Shown here in pieces: positions 52,301 to 63,241 of a stretch of DNA of 63,677 bases; position 1 is the stretch's first letter; each line of letters opens with the position of its first letter. Below the pieces are notes generated by a model. It had not been told where the DNA came from. It did not search any database and saw nothing but the letters and a program-made list of their open reading frames with translations. Source of the DNA: Chiloscyllium plagiosum (taxonomy: Eukaryota); NCBI RefSeq assembly GCF_004010195.1, contig NC_057719.1, forward strand, positions 94,136,659 through 94,200,335, in the 5' to 3' direction. The translations under genes were made by a program, and so were the position numbers.

Positions 52301-53195
52301 GGTTCTGGTGCAGAGCTCAGCAAGTTATGCCTACTGAATCGCCACCGCCTTGAATTCCACCCCCACCTCTCCCTTCTTAAAAATCCTATCAACCAGGCTG
52401 GTAGCTTATATGGATCTATGTACATAGATATTGAGATCTACCTGGTCATCCTCATAACCATGAATCTTCCCATTAGCTCAGTACCTTTTATTCCTGTTGC
52501 TCCTTCTCAAGTGCAATACCCCACACTTTTACATATTAAACTCCATTTGTAACTTCTAAGCCCAGTTGCGCATCTTATCTATGTCCCTGTGTAACCTCCA
52601 ACATCTTTCGGCACGATACACAACTCCAAGGCCTTAGTGTCATCTGCAAATTTACTAAGCCATCCTCCTACGCCCTCATCTCGGTCTTCTATTAATACGA
52701 AAAGCAGCAGTGGCCCCAAATCAGTTTCTTTCAGTTCACCACTAGTAACTGAACTCCAGGATGAACATTTCCCGTCAACCTCCACTCTCTGTCTTCTTTT
52801 AAATGGCCAATTTCTGATCCAAACCGCTAAAACACCCTCATTCCCATGCCTCTGCCTTTTGTGCACTAGCCTCCCGTGGGGAACCTTATCAAACGCCTTA
52901 CTGAAATTCATATACATCACATCAGCCATTTTACCCTCATCCACCTGTTTCGTCACCTTCTCAAATAACTCAATAAGGTTTGTGAGGCACAACGTACACT
53001 TCACAAAACCGTGTTGACTATCCCTAATCAACTTATTCCTCTCGTGATTTTTATAAATCCTATCCCTTGTAACCTTTCCCAATACTCTATTCACAACTGA
53101 AGTAACGCTCACTAGTTTATAATTGCCAGGGTTATACCTACTCCCCTTCTTGAACACGAGGACAACATTTGCTCTCCTACAATGTTCTGGCACTA
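46352..53195 (-). mobile_element. CR1 LINE split in two (46352-47019 and 52371-53195) by an L1 insertion
   Basis: RT motifs in the 52579-53193 ORF; the flanks ...CATATGCCTTC and CCTTCTTAAAAATCCTATC rejoin to a sequence like that at 39110-39130. Confidence 0.85.
47020..52370 (-). mobile_element. Near full-length L1-clade LINE, inactivated
   Basis: ORF1 from 52195 (MTKGKG..., coiled-coil); ORF2 from 51081 (MSNHSVQWCACNAQG, ALLQETH, ISDH, DQTGFIKG, MNVLPRLLY); AATAAA and poly(A) at 47042-47020; TSD-like CCTTC(C/T)T. Confidence 0.88.
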
Positions 53196-53385
53196 CAGCC
53201 GTTCCTTCACCGTCGTTGAGTCAAAATCCTGAAATTCTCTCCCGACCTGCATTATGCGTCAACCCACAGCAATTTCACTGCAGCGATTGAAGAAGGCAAC
53301 TCATCACCACCTTCTGAAATGCAAATCAGGATGGTCTATCAATGCTGGGCAGCCAGCGATGCCTAAGCCCCACAAATGTATTTTA
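53196..53385 (+). mobile_element. 3' end of an L2/CR1-group LINE
   Basis: AAGAAGGCAACTCATCACCACCTTCT...AATGCTGGGCAGCCAGCGATGCC, the same tail as 34615-34790. Confidence 0.7.
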
Positions 53386-53749
53386 AAAGGCTCTTGGATA
53401 AGGATGGTATGGAGTCAGATCAAGGAAATGGGAGTTTGTCACCGTAACAGAAGGCAGTGACGCCCATGCTACCAATATTTAAGTAACAAGGGCAGTGAGG
53501 CAATGGTCCACGGCTGAAACTCAATAGGTTAACATAGAGACCCATGAGTAACACTGCTAGGATCAAGGAGGGAGAGAGTAAATGAACAAGTTCCCTGATG
53601 CACTTAGTAGTAGTCTGCAGATTGAATATCTGGATTCAGAGTCTCAACAGGAACAATAATGGTCACCGGGAGTGAATACTATATGAAAGAACAGTAATGC
53701 AGTCATAACTGGTTCATATATAAAAAAAAATCTGGAAAGTGAGACTTAC

Positions 53750-53908
53750 CAGGGAGACCAACGATAGACAGGAGAGGATAATAAAAGTATTGAATAATGC
53801 AAAGAGCAAAATAGATCCGCCATGATAATGACAACTGATCATAATATGTGGAAAGAACAGAAAAAAATTGGATAAATTCCAGTCTAATGTTCGCAGATCC
53901 TGATCCAT
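53750..53908 (-). CDS. Probable first coding exon of a GPR139-like class A GPCR; apparent 1-nt frameshift in a homopolymer, so possibly a pseudogene
   Basis: ...IIQYFYYPLLSIVGLP followed by a phase-1 donor G|GTAAGT (53750/53749); resembles the GPR139 TM1 start YYSLLLCLGLP|ANIL as I recall it; start is MDQDLRTLDWN at 53908 (off-frame by 1) or an in-frame ATG at 54011. Confidence 0.65.
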
Positions 53909-55547
53909 TGTTGGAACATTCCAGCCTAATGTTCTTCGATACTGATGTCTTTTCCCCTTCTCTCTGGAGGTGCTGATCTCTGTTAGTGTTGTCGGTGATG
54001 CTCCCACTCATACAATAGAATAACACATTGAACGGAGCTCATTTATCATTAAAAGATGGGAACTCTCCACTGGGATAATTAGAATCCATGGAGATTGGCA
54101 TTAATCACAGTCTCTGAACAAACAGGCTCAGTTAACCCCTTTGTTACATCCCTTTTCATATCACAATAAACGTGAGCATTTACTCAGTCTGCATGAAAGG
54201 ACGAGCATTACTGATGGATGAACCATAAATCTTTCAATTTATTAAATCGTTTTTCATTGCATGTGGGGGTATTTCTGGAACACTGCAGGGTTGTATATGC
54301 CCCACCGTGTTTATAAAAGGAGACAGGGATAAAATAACAAGGCAGCTGCAAAAAATGACTGGTGGTGAAATTTCTAGAAACTTTAAACAGAGGTACGATA
54401 TTTATTGCCAAATGACGTTATGTGAGGCTACTCCTGGGTAAAAGTGCCCAGTTATCAAATCCTTTCATAACTTTGAGACAAAGCATTGCGACACTACTCA
54501 GGAACGGGAGAAGCAATTCTCTCCCAATGTGCTTGTTACAGTTGGATAGGAAGGCCATTCATCCCACACTAGCCTATTCCCACATGAAGAGGTGGAAAGA
54601 TGGAATGTTGGTATGTTTTGCAAAGGGAACTACTCAAAAAAGAGAGAAGTGTTACTGAAGCTGTATGAGGTGTTACTGTGAGGGTACCTGGAGTACATTG
54701 TGTTGTTTGTATTTCTGTAACTGAGAAGGGACGGTCCTTCATTCGGTACAGTTTACCAGCCATTCATAATCCATGGGTTTCTGTGTCATTTAATGTCTCT
54801 GAACTATTACAGATGGATAGGAGGAGGCCATTCAGCATCTTGAGCCTGTTGCTGAGGAGCAGGTGATGATCTAACATCTGAATACAGGCTGAGGTGACCA
54901 GTTGTAGTCAGCGGCAACCAGTTAACAGCTGCTCTTCATAACGTATGTGGCAACAAGATGGTTTCTCGGTGCAAATAACACGGCAAAATGGCTTCTAGGC
55001 TGCAAACTGACAACTCTGTAAAGCCGCAGAAAATGACTTTTATGTTACTGAGTGCTAATTCAATATAAGTGACTAACCACAGTCTGCTTCAGTATTGATT
55101 AGCAGACAATGCGCCACTTAAAGCATAGAAATAACTCAGCTAGATAAGACAGTTTTAGCCGACCTTTGGGTGCAGGTGCAATGGCTCGGTTGGTGATACA
55201 AGAATGGCCTGAGTGTTGGAAAATAAAGTTGATTCCCAGGAAATATCATTGGACCAAGGAACTGTCACATAAAACAATATCGAGTATTGATTGGCAATTA
55301 TCTGAATGTACTATTCGATCATGGCCTGTACCTTTCATTAACAAAAGTATTTTAAGAAGTTTTTGTTTTCAGCTTTGTACACAGTTACACAAAGGAACAC
55401 GGAATTTATAACCTCTTGTGTTTCTGCACGCTCTGTACTCGGCTGTATGAAAAATAAAGAATGCATTCTTAACAGCCAGACCAATTACAAGTGTTTATTG
55501 ACCGATCGCAGAAGAGAGAGACGTTGCCGGGGGTCCAGATCTTTATC

Positions 55548-55565
55548 TGGTGTCGTGACTCGGAT
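55548..55565 (+). promoter_or_regulatory. Primer-binding site for tRNA-His (second copy at 55691-55708)
   Basis: TGGTGTCGTGACTCGGAT, one mismatch from TGGTGCCGTGACTCGGAT (complement of the tRNA-His 3' end). Confidence 0.85.
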
Positions 55566-55597
55566 TCGGTATGGACAGATTGCAGGCAACAGTATAG

Positions 55598-55675
55598 TGC
55601 CCGAAACGTCGAATCTCCTGTTCCCTGGATGCTGCCTGACCTGCTGTGCTGTTCCAGCAATAAAGTTTCAACAAA
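55598..55675 (+). mobile_element. 78-bp PLE terminal fragment flanked by a 65-bp direct duplication
   Basis: TGCCCGAAACGTCGAATCTCCTG...; identical flanks 55533-55597 and 55676-55740. Confidence 0.85.
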
Positions 55676-55959
55676 GTCCAGATCTTTATCTGGTGTCGTG
55701 ACTCGGATTCGGTATGGACAGATTGCAGGCAACAGTATAGAGCCTTCAGACCTCCACTATTGAGTGTAGAGAAATTGGCCAGCTAGACGTGAGTATTTTC
55801 TCCATTTGATTTTCCTCACACTCAAACGTGGTTGATTCGAACCCTAGCTCTCTATCGTCCAAGTGCAGCCCGAAAAGGTCCTGATGATAATACATTGCGA
55901 ATTGAAAAAAAAGGAGTCGGGACTCTAGGGTGTTTTCCAAAAATTTTGCACGCCAGACC

Positions 55960-57305
55960 AGTATTGACTGGTTCAAGATTTAAGAGCTATCAATGCTATT
56001 GCACAGCTTGATCATGCCCTGGCCCCAAATCCAGCTGAGGTTGTGGCCTTGGTGCCACCAGACGCTAAATGTTTCACTGTTGTCGACCTGCAACATGCTT
56101 CTTTTTCTCTCTGCCTCTTCATGAAGACAGTCAGCACCTATTTGTCTTTACTTTTAATGGCCAGCAGTTGATGTGGACTCGTCCCTCAGGGTTTCATACA
56201 TTCTCCGACCCTTTTCCCTCGGGCTTTACAGAAACAATTGCGGTCTCTCATCCTCACAGATGAGTCTGCACTGAGCCAGTATGGAGCCGAGCTCCTTGTT
56301 GCCAGTCTAGGCGAAGAATCTGACCACTCCGATGTTGTCCTCCTCTGAAACGCCTGAGCTATGTTGTCTCTCCCAAAAAAGTCTCAATTGTACAGCGCCA
56401 GGTATAGTTTCTAGGTTTCATACTGTCAGTTGTTTCACGCTCAATTGAGCAGAGCCTTATTACTCCTATCGTCAACTTCCCGGTCCCAATAACGGTGAAA
56501 CAGGTTCGTCCGTGGCTGGGCATGGTCAAATTCTGCCGACAATGGATCCCTAACGCTGCCCTCCTCGTTCAGATGGTGAAACCCTTTGCTCCCTATGAAG
56601 GTACCTTCGAACTCTCCTCAGAGGCAAGGAAAGCCTTCTACGAACTTAAACATCCCTTGTCACAAGCTCCAGCTCTGGGATGACCGCTGTATGACAGACC
56701 GTTCCAACTTTACTGCACTATTCTGGATGACTGTGCTTCCTCAGTTCTCACTCAACTACATGGAGATCGCCACCACCCGGTTACCTATTTCTCTACTAAA
56801 CTTGACTCTGTTGCCTTAGGATATCCCCGTTGTAGTCCGATCCTTACTGCTATTTAACTTAAATCACAGTCCACAGAAACCCTTACACTTCAGCAGGATA
56901 TTGTCGTCTACAGTTCCAATGCGGTGATCGCCCAGTTGAGACAATTACAAACTCAACATTTGACTGGGGCTCGCCAAAACCGTTATGAGATGTACCTCCT
57001 CAACAACCCCCGGCTGACCTGTAGGTATTGTATCACCATTAATCCTGCCTATTTCCTTGCACATTACCCATCGATCTTATCCACTCCAGATCATGACTGA
57101 ATTCTCCTCATCAATAAGGACATCCACATTCGTCCAGTTCTTTCCCAGGCCTCAATCACAGACACTGGCATCAATATGTTCACTGATGGTAGTTCTTCTA
57201 CTGACCACATAGGCACTCGCTTCTCATGCAATTGATGACCGTGGTTTTGTCCTGGAATCAGATTCTTTTGAGATACCCTTTTCTACCCAACAAGCTGAAC
57301 TTTTT
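55960..57305 (+). pseudogene. pol: ERV pol (RT, tether, RNase H start), disrupted
   Basis: QDLRAINA; FTVVDLQHASFSLPLH; PQG; decayed YxDD (QYGAELLVAS); WLGMVKFCRQWIPN; PVTYFSTKLD; MFTDGSS; QQAEL. Confidence 0.88.
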
Positions 57306-57554
57306 GGAGAAAGTGAGGACTGCAGATGCTGGAGATCAGAGCGGAAAATGTGTTGCTGGAAAAGCGCAGCAGGTTAGGCAGCATCCAAGGAGCAGGGGAA
57401 TCGACGTTACGGGCATAAGCCCTTCTTCAGGAATGAGGAAAGTGTGCCAAGCGGGCTAAGATAAAAGGTAGGGAGGAGGGACTTGGGGGAGGGGCGTTGG
57501 AAATGCGATGCGTGGGAGGAGGTTAAGGTGAGGGTGATAGGCCGGAGTGGGGGT
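57306..57554 (-). mobile_element. PLE terminus (runs into a gap) with hammerhead motif; GAAA mutated to GTAA
   Basis: GGAGAAAGTGAGGACTGCAGATGCTGG...GAATCGACGTTACGGGCATAAGCCCTTCTTCAGGAATG. Confidence 0.85.
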
Positions 57555-57724
57555 NNNNNNNNNNNNNNNNNNNNNNNNNNNNNNNNNNNNNNNNNNNNNN
57601 NNNNNNNNNNNNNNNNNNNNNNNNNNNNNNNNNNNNNNNNNNNNNNNNNNNNNNNNNNNNNNNNNNNNNNNNNNNNNNNNNNNNNNNNNNNNNNNNNNNN
57701 NNNNNNNNNNNNNNNNNNNNNNNN

Positions 57725-58497
57725 ATGGAAGGAACTAGTCATGGGCAATAATCACATCTCTTACTGAAAAACCCACCAATTTTTATTGAATAGCTTTCAC
57801 CCAGGGCCAAGGGCGAACATATTTTGTAGATATGAACTACCCGTACTTTCAGGGTAGTCACAAAGACAAGCCTGCTTTTATTGAGAAGACCCCTCCATTA
57901 GCTATACTATGTTTGTTTTCAGACAAGACAAAACGACTAACTTTATTTATATTAATGAAATAGGCATCTACTGTGTGGTAGTTTTGGAGACAGTTTTCCC
58001 AACTACTGTTCCTTGACCAACTACCTGGGAAGGGGGTTGGGGTTTCCCTCCCAAACGTTCAGCTTCATCTGTATTCTGCGCGAATTCGAGGGGTGCTAAG
58101 ACTTAGGGCAACAGTAAAGCTCAGTTTTTGGGTTACATATTTCTCAGTACCGTTTACTGTGGTGCATCCGCAGGAATTGTTAGCCATCAACATTGAAACT
58201 ATTATATTTGTGGTCTCAGCTGCTTGGGCAAGGAGACAGTTTGGACTAAGCAGGAGTTAAGACATACTCTCAGAATTACTATCTTCCCAGCAAAACCGGT
58301 ATGCTGTCGACTACATACTCAGCAAAGAGGGTGGGGTTTGCACCACAGTAAAGGACAAGTGTATGACGGGGGTTACTGAGCTCAGAGAGAACATTACCAA
58401 GCAGGTAGATAACAACTTCACCTTCGTCAATCCACTGACAGAAGGCACTGCATGGCGGGATCATGTGGGATGCAGTACCACCGAGAGATATCCTGAG
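57725..58497 (+). pseudogene. env: ERV env remnant
   Basis: QQNRYAVDYILSKEGGVCTTVKDKC (ISD and CX6C) at 58288-58362. Confidence 0.8.
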
Positions 58498-59395
58498 AAC
58501 AATATGGTGTGGTTGGTATAGTCAGGAGTGTTCGCCGGACATTGAGGTGGTGTGGGATGGTTTGGGCTGGAGACCCCGTCTAACAGCAACATAGTGCCCC
58601 TCGGCAGTGACATGGTGTGGGCTGATATAGCCCGGAGTTTTCCCCTGACAGTGACATGGTATGGGCTGGTATAGCCCGGAGTGTCCCCCTAATAATGACA
58701 TAGTGTGGGCTGGTATAGCCCGGAGTGTCCCCCTAATAATGACATGGTGTGGGCTGGTATAGCCCGGAGTGTCCACCTTACAGTGACATGGCATGGGCTG
58801 GTATAGCCCGGAGTTTCCCCCTGACAGTGACATGGTGTGGGCTGGTATAGTCCGGAATGTCTCCATGACAGTGACATGGTGTGGGCTGGTATAGCCCGGA
58901 ATGTCTCCCTGACCGTGACATGGTGTGGGCTGGTGTAGCACGGAGTGTCCCCCTGACAGTGGCGTGGTGTCGGCTGGTGTAGCACGGAGTGTCCCCCTGA
59001 CAGTGACGTGGTGTGGGCTGTTGTAGCCGGGAGGGTCCCCCTGACAGTAAAATGGTGCGATCTGGAGTAGCCAGGAGTGACCCCCTGAGAGTGATATTGT
59101 GTAGGCTGGTGAATCCCGGAGAGTATCCAGTAAATTGACATGGTGCAGCACGGAGTGTCCCCCTGATGTTGACATGTTGTGGACTGGTGTAACACGGAGT
59201 GTCCCCCTGACAGTGACATGGTGTGGGCTGGTGTAATCCGGAGTGTCCCCCTTACATCCGGAGTGTCCCCCTTACAGTGACATGGTGCGAGTTGGTGTAG
59301 CCCGGAGTGTCCCCCAGTCAGAGACATGGTGTGGGCTGCTGTAACCCGAATGACCCAAAGACAGTCACATCGTGTAGGCTGGTGTAGCCGGAGCA
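58498..59395. repeat. 44-bp minisatellite, about 20 units
   Basis: CAGTGACATGGTGTGGGCTGGTATAGCCCGGAGTGTCCCCCTGA; unit starts at 58605, 58649 and 58693. Confidence 0.95.
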
Positions 59396-62300
59396 AGTTA
59401 TAGGGAGCAAAAGGCACCCGGTATTTGAATGTTATAGGAAGGAATTGGCTCCCGGTATTTGAAGTTAATAGGGAGTAAGAGGTTCCTGGTATTTGAAGTT
59501 ATCGGGAGCAAGAGCCTTCTGGTATCTGAGTATATAGGGAGGAAGAGGCTCCCAGTAATTGAAATTTATATGGAGCAAGAGGCGCCTGGCACTGGAAGTT
59601 ATAGGGAGCAAGAGGCTGCTTAGTTTTGAGGTTTGTAGAGAGCAAGAGGCTCCTGGTTTTGGAAGCTTATAATGAGCAAGAAGTCCATGGTATTTGAAGT
59701 TATAGGGAACAAGAGGCTCCTGGTAATAGAAGTTCGTAGGGAGCAAGAGGCTCCTGGAATTTGAAGATTATGGGTAGTGCGCGGTCCCCGGTATTTGAAG
59801 TTAGAGGGAGCAAGACGCTCCCGGTATTTGATGTTTACAGGGAGCAAGAGGCCCCTGGCAGTTGAAGTTTCTATGGAGCAAGAGGCTTCTGGTATTTGAA
59901 GTTTATAGAGAGCAAGAGGCTCCCAATATTTGAATTTTATAGGGTGCAAGAGGCTCTCGGTATTCGAATTTCTTAGAGAGCAATAGCTCCGGTATTTGAA
60001 GTTAATAGGGAGCAATTGGCTGCTGGTATTTTAAGTTATCGGGAGCAAAGCCTTGTGGCATTTGAGTTTATTGGGAGGAAGAGGCTCCTGGTAATTGAAT
60101 TTTGTATGGATCAAGAGGTGCCTGGTATTGGAATTTATAAGGAACAAGAGGCTGCTTAGCTTTGAAGTTGTAGGGAGCAAGAGGTTTATGGTATTTGAAG
60201 TTTATAGTGAGCAAGAGACCCCCGGTATTTAAAGTTATCGGGAGCAAGAGCCTTCTGGTATTTGAGTTTATAGGGAGCAAGAAGCTAGCCGGCATTTGAA
60301 TTTTATTGGGAGCAAGAGGCTTCCAGTATTTGAAGTTTATTGGGACCAAGCGGCCCTGTCATTTGAAGTTTCTAGGGAGCAAGAGGTCCCCGGTAGTTGA
60401 AGATAACAGAGAGCAAGAGGCTTCTCGTAAATGAAGTTGGCGTGAAGTAAGATACACGTGGTCTTTGAAGTTATAGTAAGCATGAGGGTCCTGGTCTTTG
60501 AAGTTTAAAGGGAGCAAGAGCCTCCTGGTGTTTGTAGTTTATAGGAAGCAAGAACTTCCGGTATTTGAAGCTTGTAGGGAGCAAGAGGTCCACGATATTT
60601 GAAGTTTAATCGGAAGCAAGAGGCTCCGGGTATTTGGAGTTTATGGGGAGCAAGAAGGTCCTGGTATTTGAAGTTATCGGGAGCAAGAGCCTTCTGGTAC
60701 TTGTGTTTATAGGGAGAAAAAGGCTAGCCGGTATTTGAATTTTATTGGGGGCAAGAGGTTTCCGGTATTTGAAGTGTATTCGAATCAAGACGCTCCTGGT
60801 ATTTGAAATTTCTAGGGAACAGGAGCCGCCGGTAGTTGAAGTTTACAGAGAGAGCAAGAGGCTTCTGGTGTTTGAAGTTTGCGTGAAGCAAGATTCGCGT
60901 GGTCTTTGAAGTTATAATTATGATGAGGGTCCTGGTATTTGAAGTTTCAAGGTAGCAAGAGGCTTCTGGTATTTGAAGTTTAAATGGAGCAACAGGTTCC
61001 CGGTATTTAACGTTATAGGGAGCAAGAGGCTCCTGGTGTTTGTACATTATAGAAAGCAAGAGGCTTCCAGTAGTTGACGTTTACAAGAAGCATGAGGCTC
61101 CCGGTATTTGAAGTTTATAGGGAACAAGAGGCTCCTGGTATTTGAAGATACAGGGCGCAAGAGTCTCCTGCTACTTGAAGTTACAGGGAGCAAGGGGTTC
61201 CTGGTATTTGAATTTTATAGGGAGCAAGAGGCTCAGGGTATTTGAGGTTTATAGGAAGCAAGAGTCTCTCGGTATTTTGAGTTTATAGGTAGCAAGAGGG
61301 TTCTGGTATGTGAAGTTTATTGGTAGCTGGAGGCCCCCGGTATTTGAAGTTATAGTGAGCCAGATTCCCCCAGTATATGAAGTTATAGGGAGCAAGAGGC
61401 TCCTGGTATTTGAGGTTTATAGGGGGCAAGAGGCTCCTGGTATTTGAAGTTTATAGGGAGAAAATGCTCATTGTATTTGAAGTTTATACGGAGCCAGTGG
61501 CTTCTGGTATTTGAAGTTTATAGGGAGCAAAAGGCGCCCGGTATTTGAAGTTATAGGAAGAAAGAAGCTCCTAGTAGGAGAGGTTTATAGGGAGCAAGAG
61601 GTTCCTCGTATTTGAAGTTCATAGGATACAAGTGGCTCCTACTATTTGAACAGTTTAGAAAGCAAGAGGCTCCCGGTATTTGAAGTTATAGGGAGCAAGA
61701 GGCTCCTGGCATTTGATGTTTATGGACAACAAGAGGCAGTAGTATTTGAAGATATAGGGAGCAAGAGGCCCCCAGTATTTGAAGCATTTGGGAGAAAGCG
61801 GCTCCTGGTATTTGAAGTTTACAGGGAGTGCGAGGCATCTGTCATTCGAAGTTATAAAGTGCAAGTGGCTCCTGGCATTTGAAATTTATAGGGAGCAAGA
61901 GGCTCCCGGAATTTCAAGTTGTAGGGAGCAAGAGGCTTCTTGTATTTGAAGATTACAGGGAGCAAAGGCTCCTAGTATTTGCTGGTTATATAGAGCAAGA
62001 GGCTCCCGGTATTTGCCGGTTATATGGAGCAAGAGGCTCCCGGTATTTGCCGGTTATATGGAGCAAGAGGCTCCCGGTATTTGTAGTTTATAGTGAGGAA
62101 GATGCTCCTGCCTTTTGAAGTTTTTAGAAAGCAAGAGTCTCCCGGTATTTGAATTTTATAAGGAGTAAGAGGCTCTAGGTATTTGAAGTTTACTGGGATC
62201 AAGAGGCTGCTGGTATTTGACTTTTATAGGAATCAAGAGGCTCCTGGTATTTGAAGTTAATAGAAAGCAAGAGATTCCCAGTATTTGAATAAGAGTCTGC

Positions 62301-62603
62301 TGATATAAGTTTATAGGGAGGAGGAGGTTCCCGGTATTTGAAGTTTATAGGGAGCAAGAGGCACCAAGCATTTGAAGTTACAGAGAGCAAGAGGCTCCTG
62401 GTATTTGAAGTTCATTGGCATCCAAAAGCTGCTGGTATTTGGAGTTATAAGGAGCAAGAGGCTTCTGGTATTTGGAGTTTATAGGAAGCAAGATGCTCCT
62501 GCTATTTCAGATTTATTGAATGCAAGAGGCTCCCGCTATTTGAAGTTTAAAGGGAGCAAGAAGCTCCCGGTAATTGAAGTTACAGAGAGCAAGAGCCTCC
62601 CCG
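59396..62603. repeat. 33-34-bp satellite array
   Basis: Consensus GGGAGCAAGAGGCTCCTGGTATTTGAAGTT(T)ATA, head-to-tail with no spacers. Confidence 0.95.
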
Positions 62604-63241
62604 TCATTGAGGAAATTGAGCTCCTCTCCTGGCACTATGTAAGTACGAAACAGGAGGGACCATGGATAGATTCTGGTGGGACACCAAATACAAGGAATTC
62701 AGAAAGGAAAGGGAGAGTGGAGATTGAGCAGGATTTTCCAATGACAGTGAGGTCAAATATTAGTTTTCATAGAATGTGTGAGAAGGACATAACCAGGAAA
62801 GACAGACAGACAGAACAAGGAGCAACATCTGTGAATCGGCAAAGGGGAGTAATGAGGAGGAGGAGGAAACAGACAGTTGGAATGTCTGAAGGGTCAAGAT
62901 GAGCTCTGAGAAGGCATGACAAGAGAATGGAGAAAGACGTATTTTGAAGACAAAAACCAGGAGCACCACGTGAGACAGTTTTGCTCGGTGGGCTAGTGGG
63001 AGGAAGGGAAGCAGCAGAGGCAGCTGATCGGATTATCTCAATGTTAGTGACAGAGAAACTCCATGTGCTCCAAGTTCTTGCTGTTGGAGGGAGGATGGAG
63101 GAGACAGGATGATGGACAGTGTTTCACAAAGAAATAAAACCTGGGTTAGAGATATTTAAAATGAGCAAACAACCCTGATGTATTTAACTTTTCATCCAGA
63201 ATATTAAAACGTACAACTGAAGTCCTGGGAGTACTCAGCAT

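Larger units (their letters stand above)
54847..58500 (+). mobile_element. Defective class I (epsilon-like) ERV: 5' LTR, tRNA-His PBS, pol and env remnants; gag essentially absent
   Basis: AATAAA at 55452; PBS at 55548; pol and env motifs as listed below; LTR left edge uncertain. Confidence 0.85.

Noticed and set aside
58522..62902. Long ORFs in the tandem arrays
   Set aside because: By-products of repeat periodicity in several frames; no domain-like content
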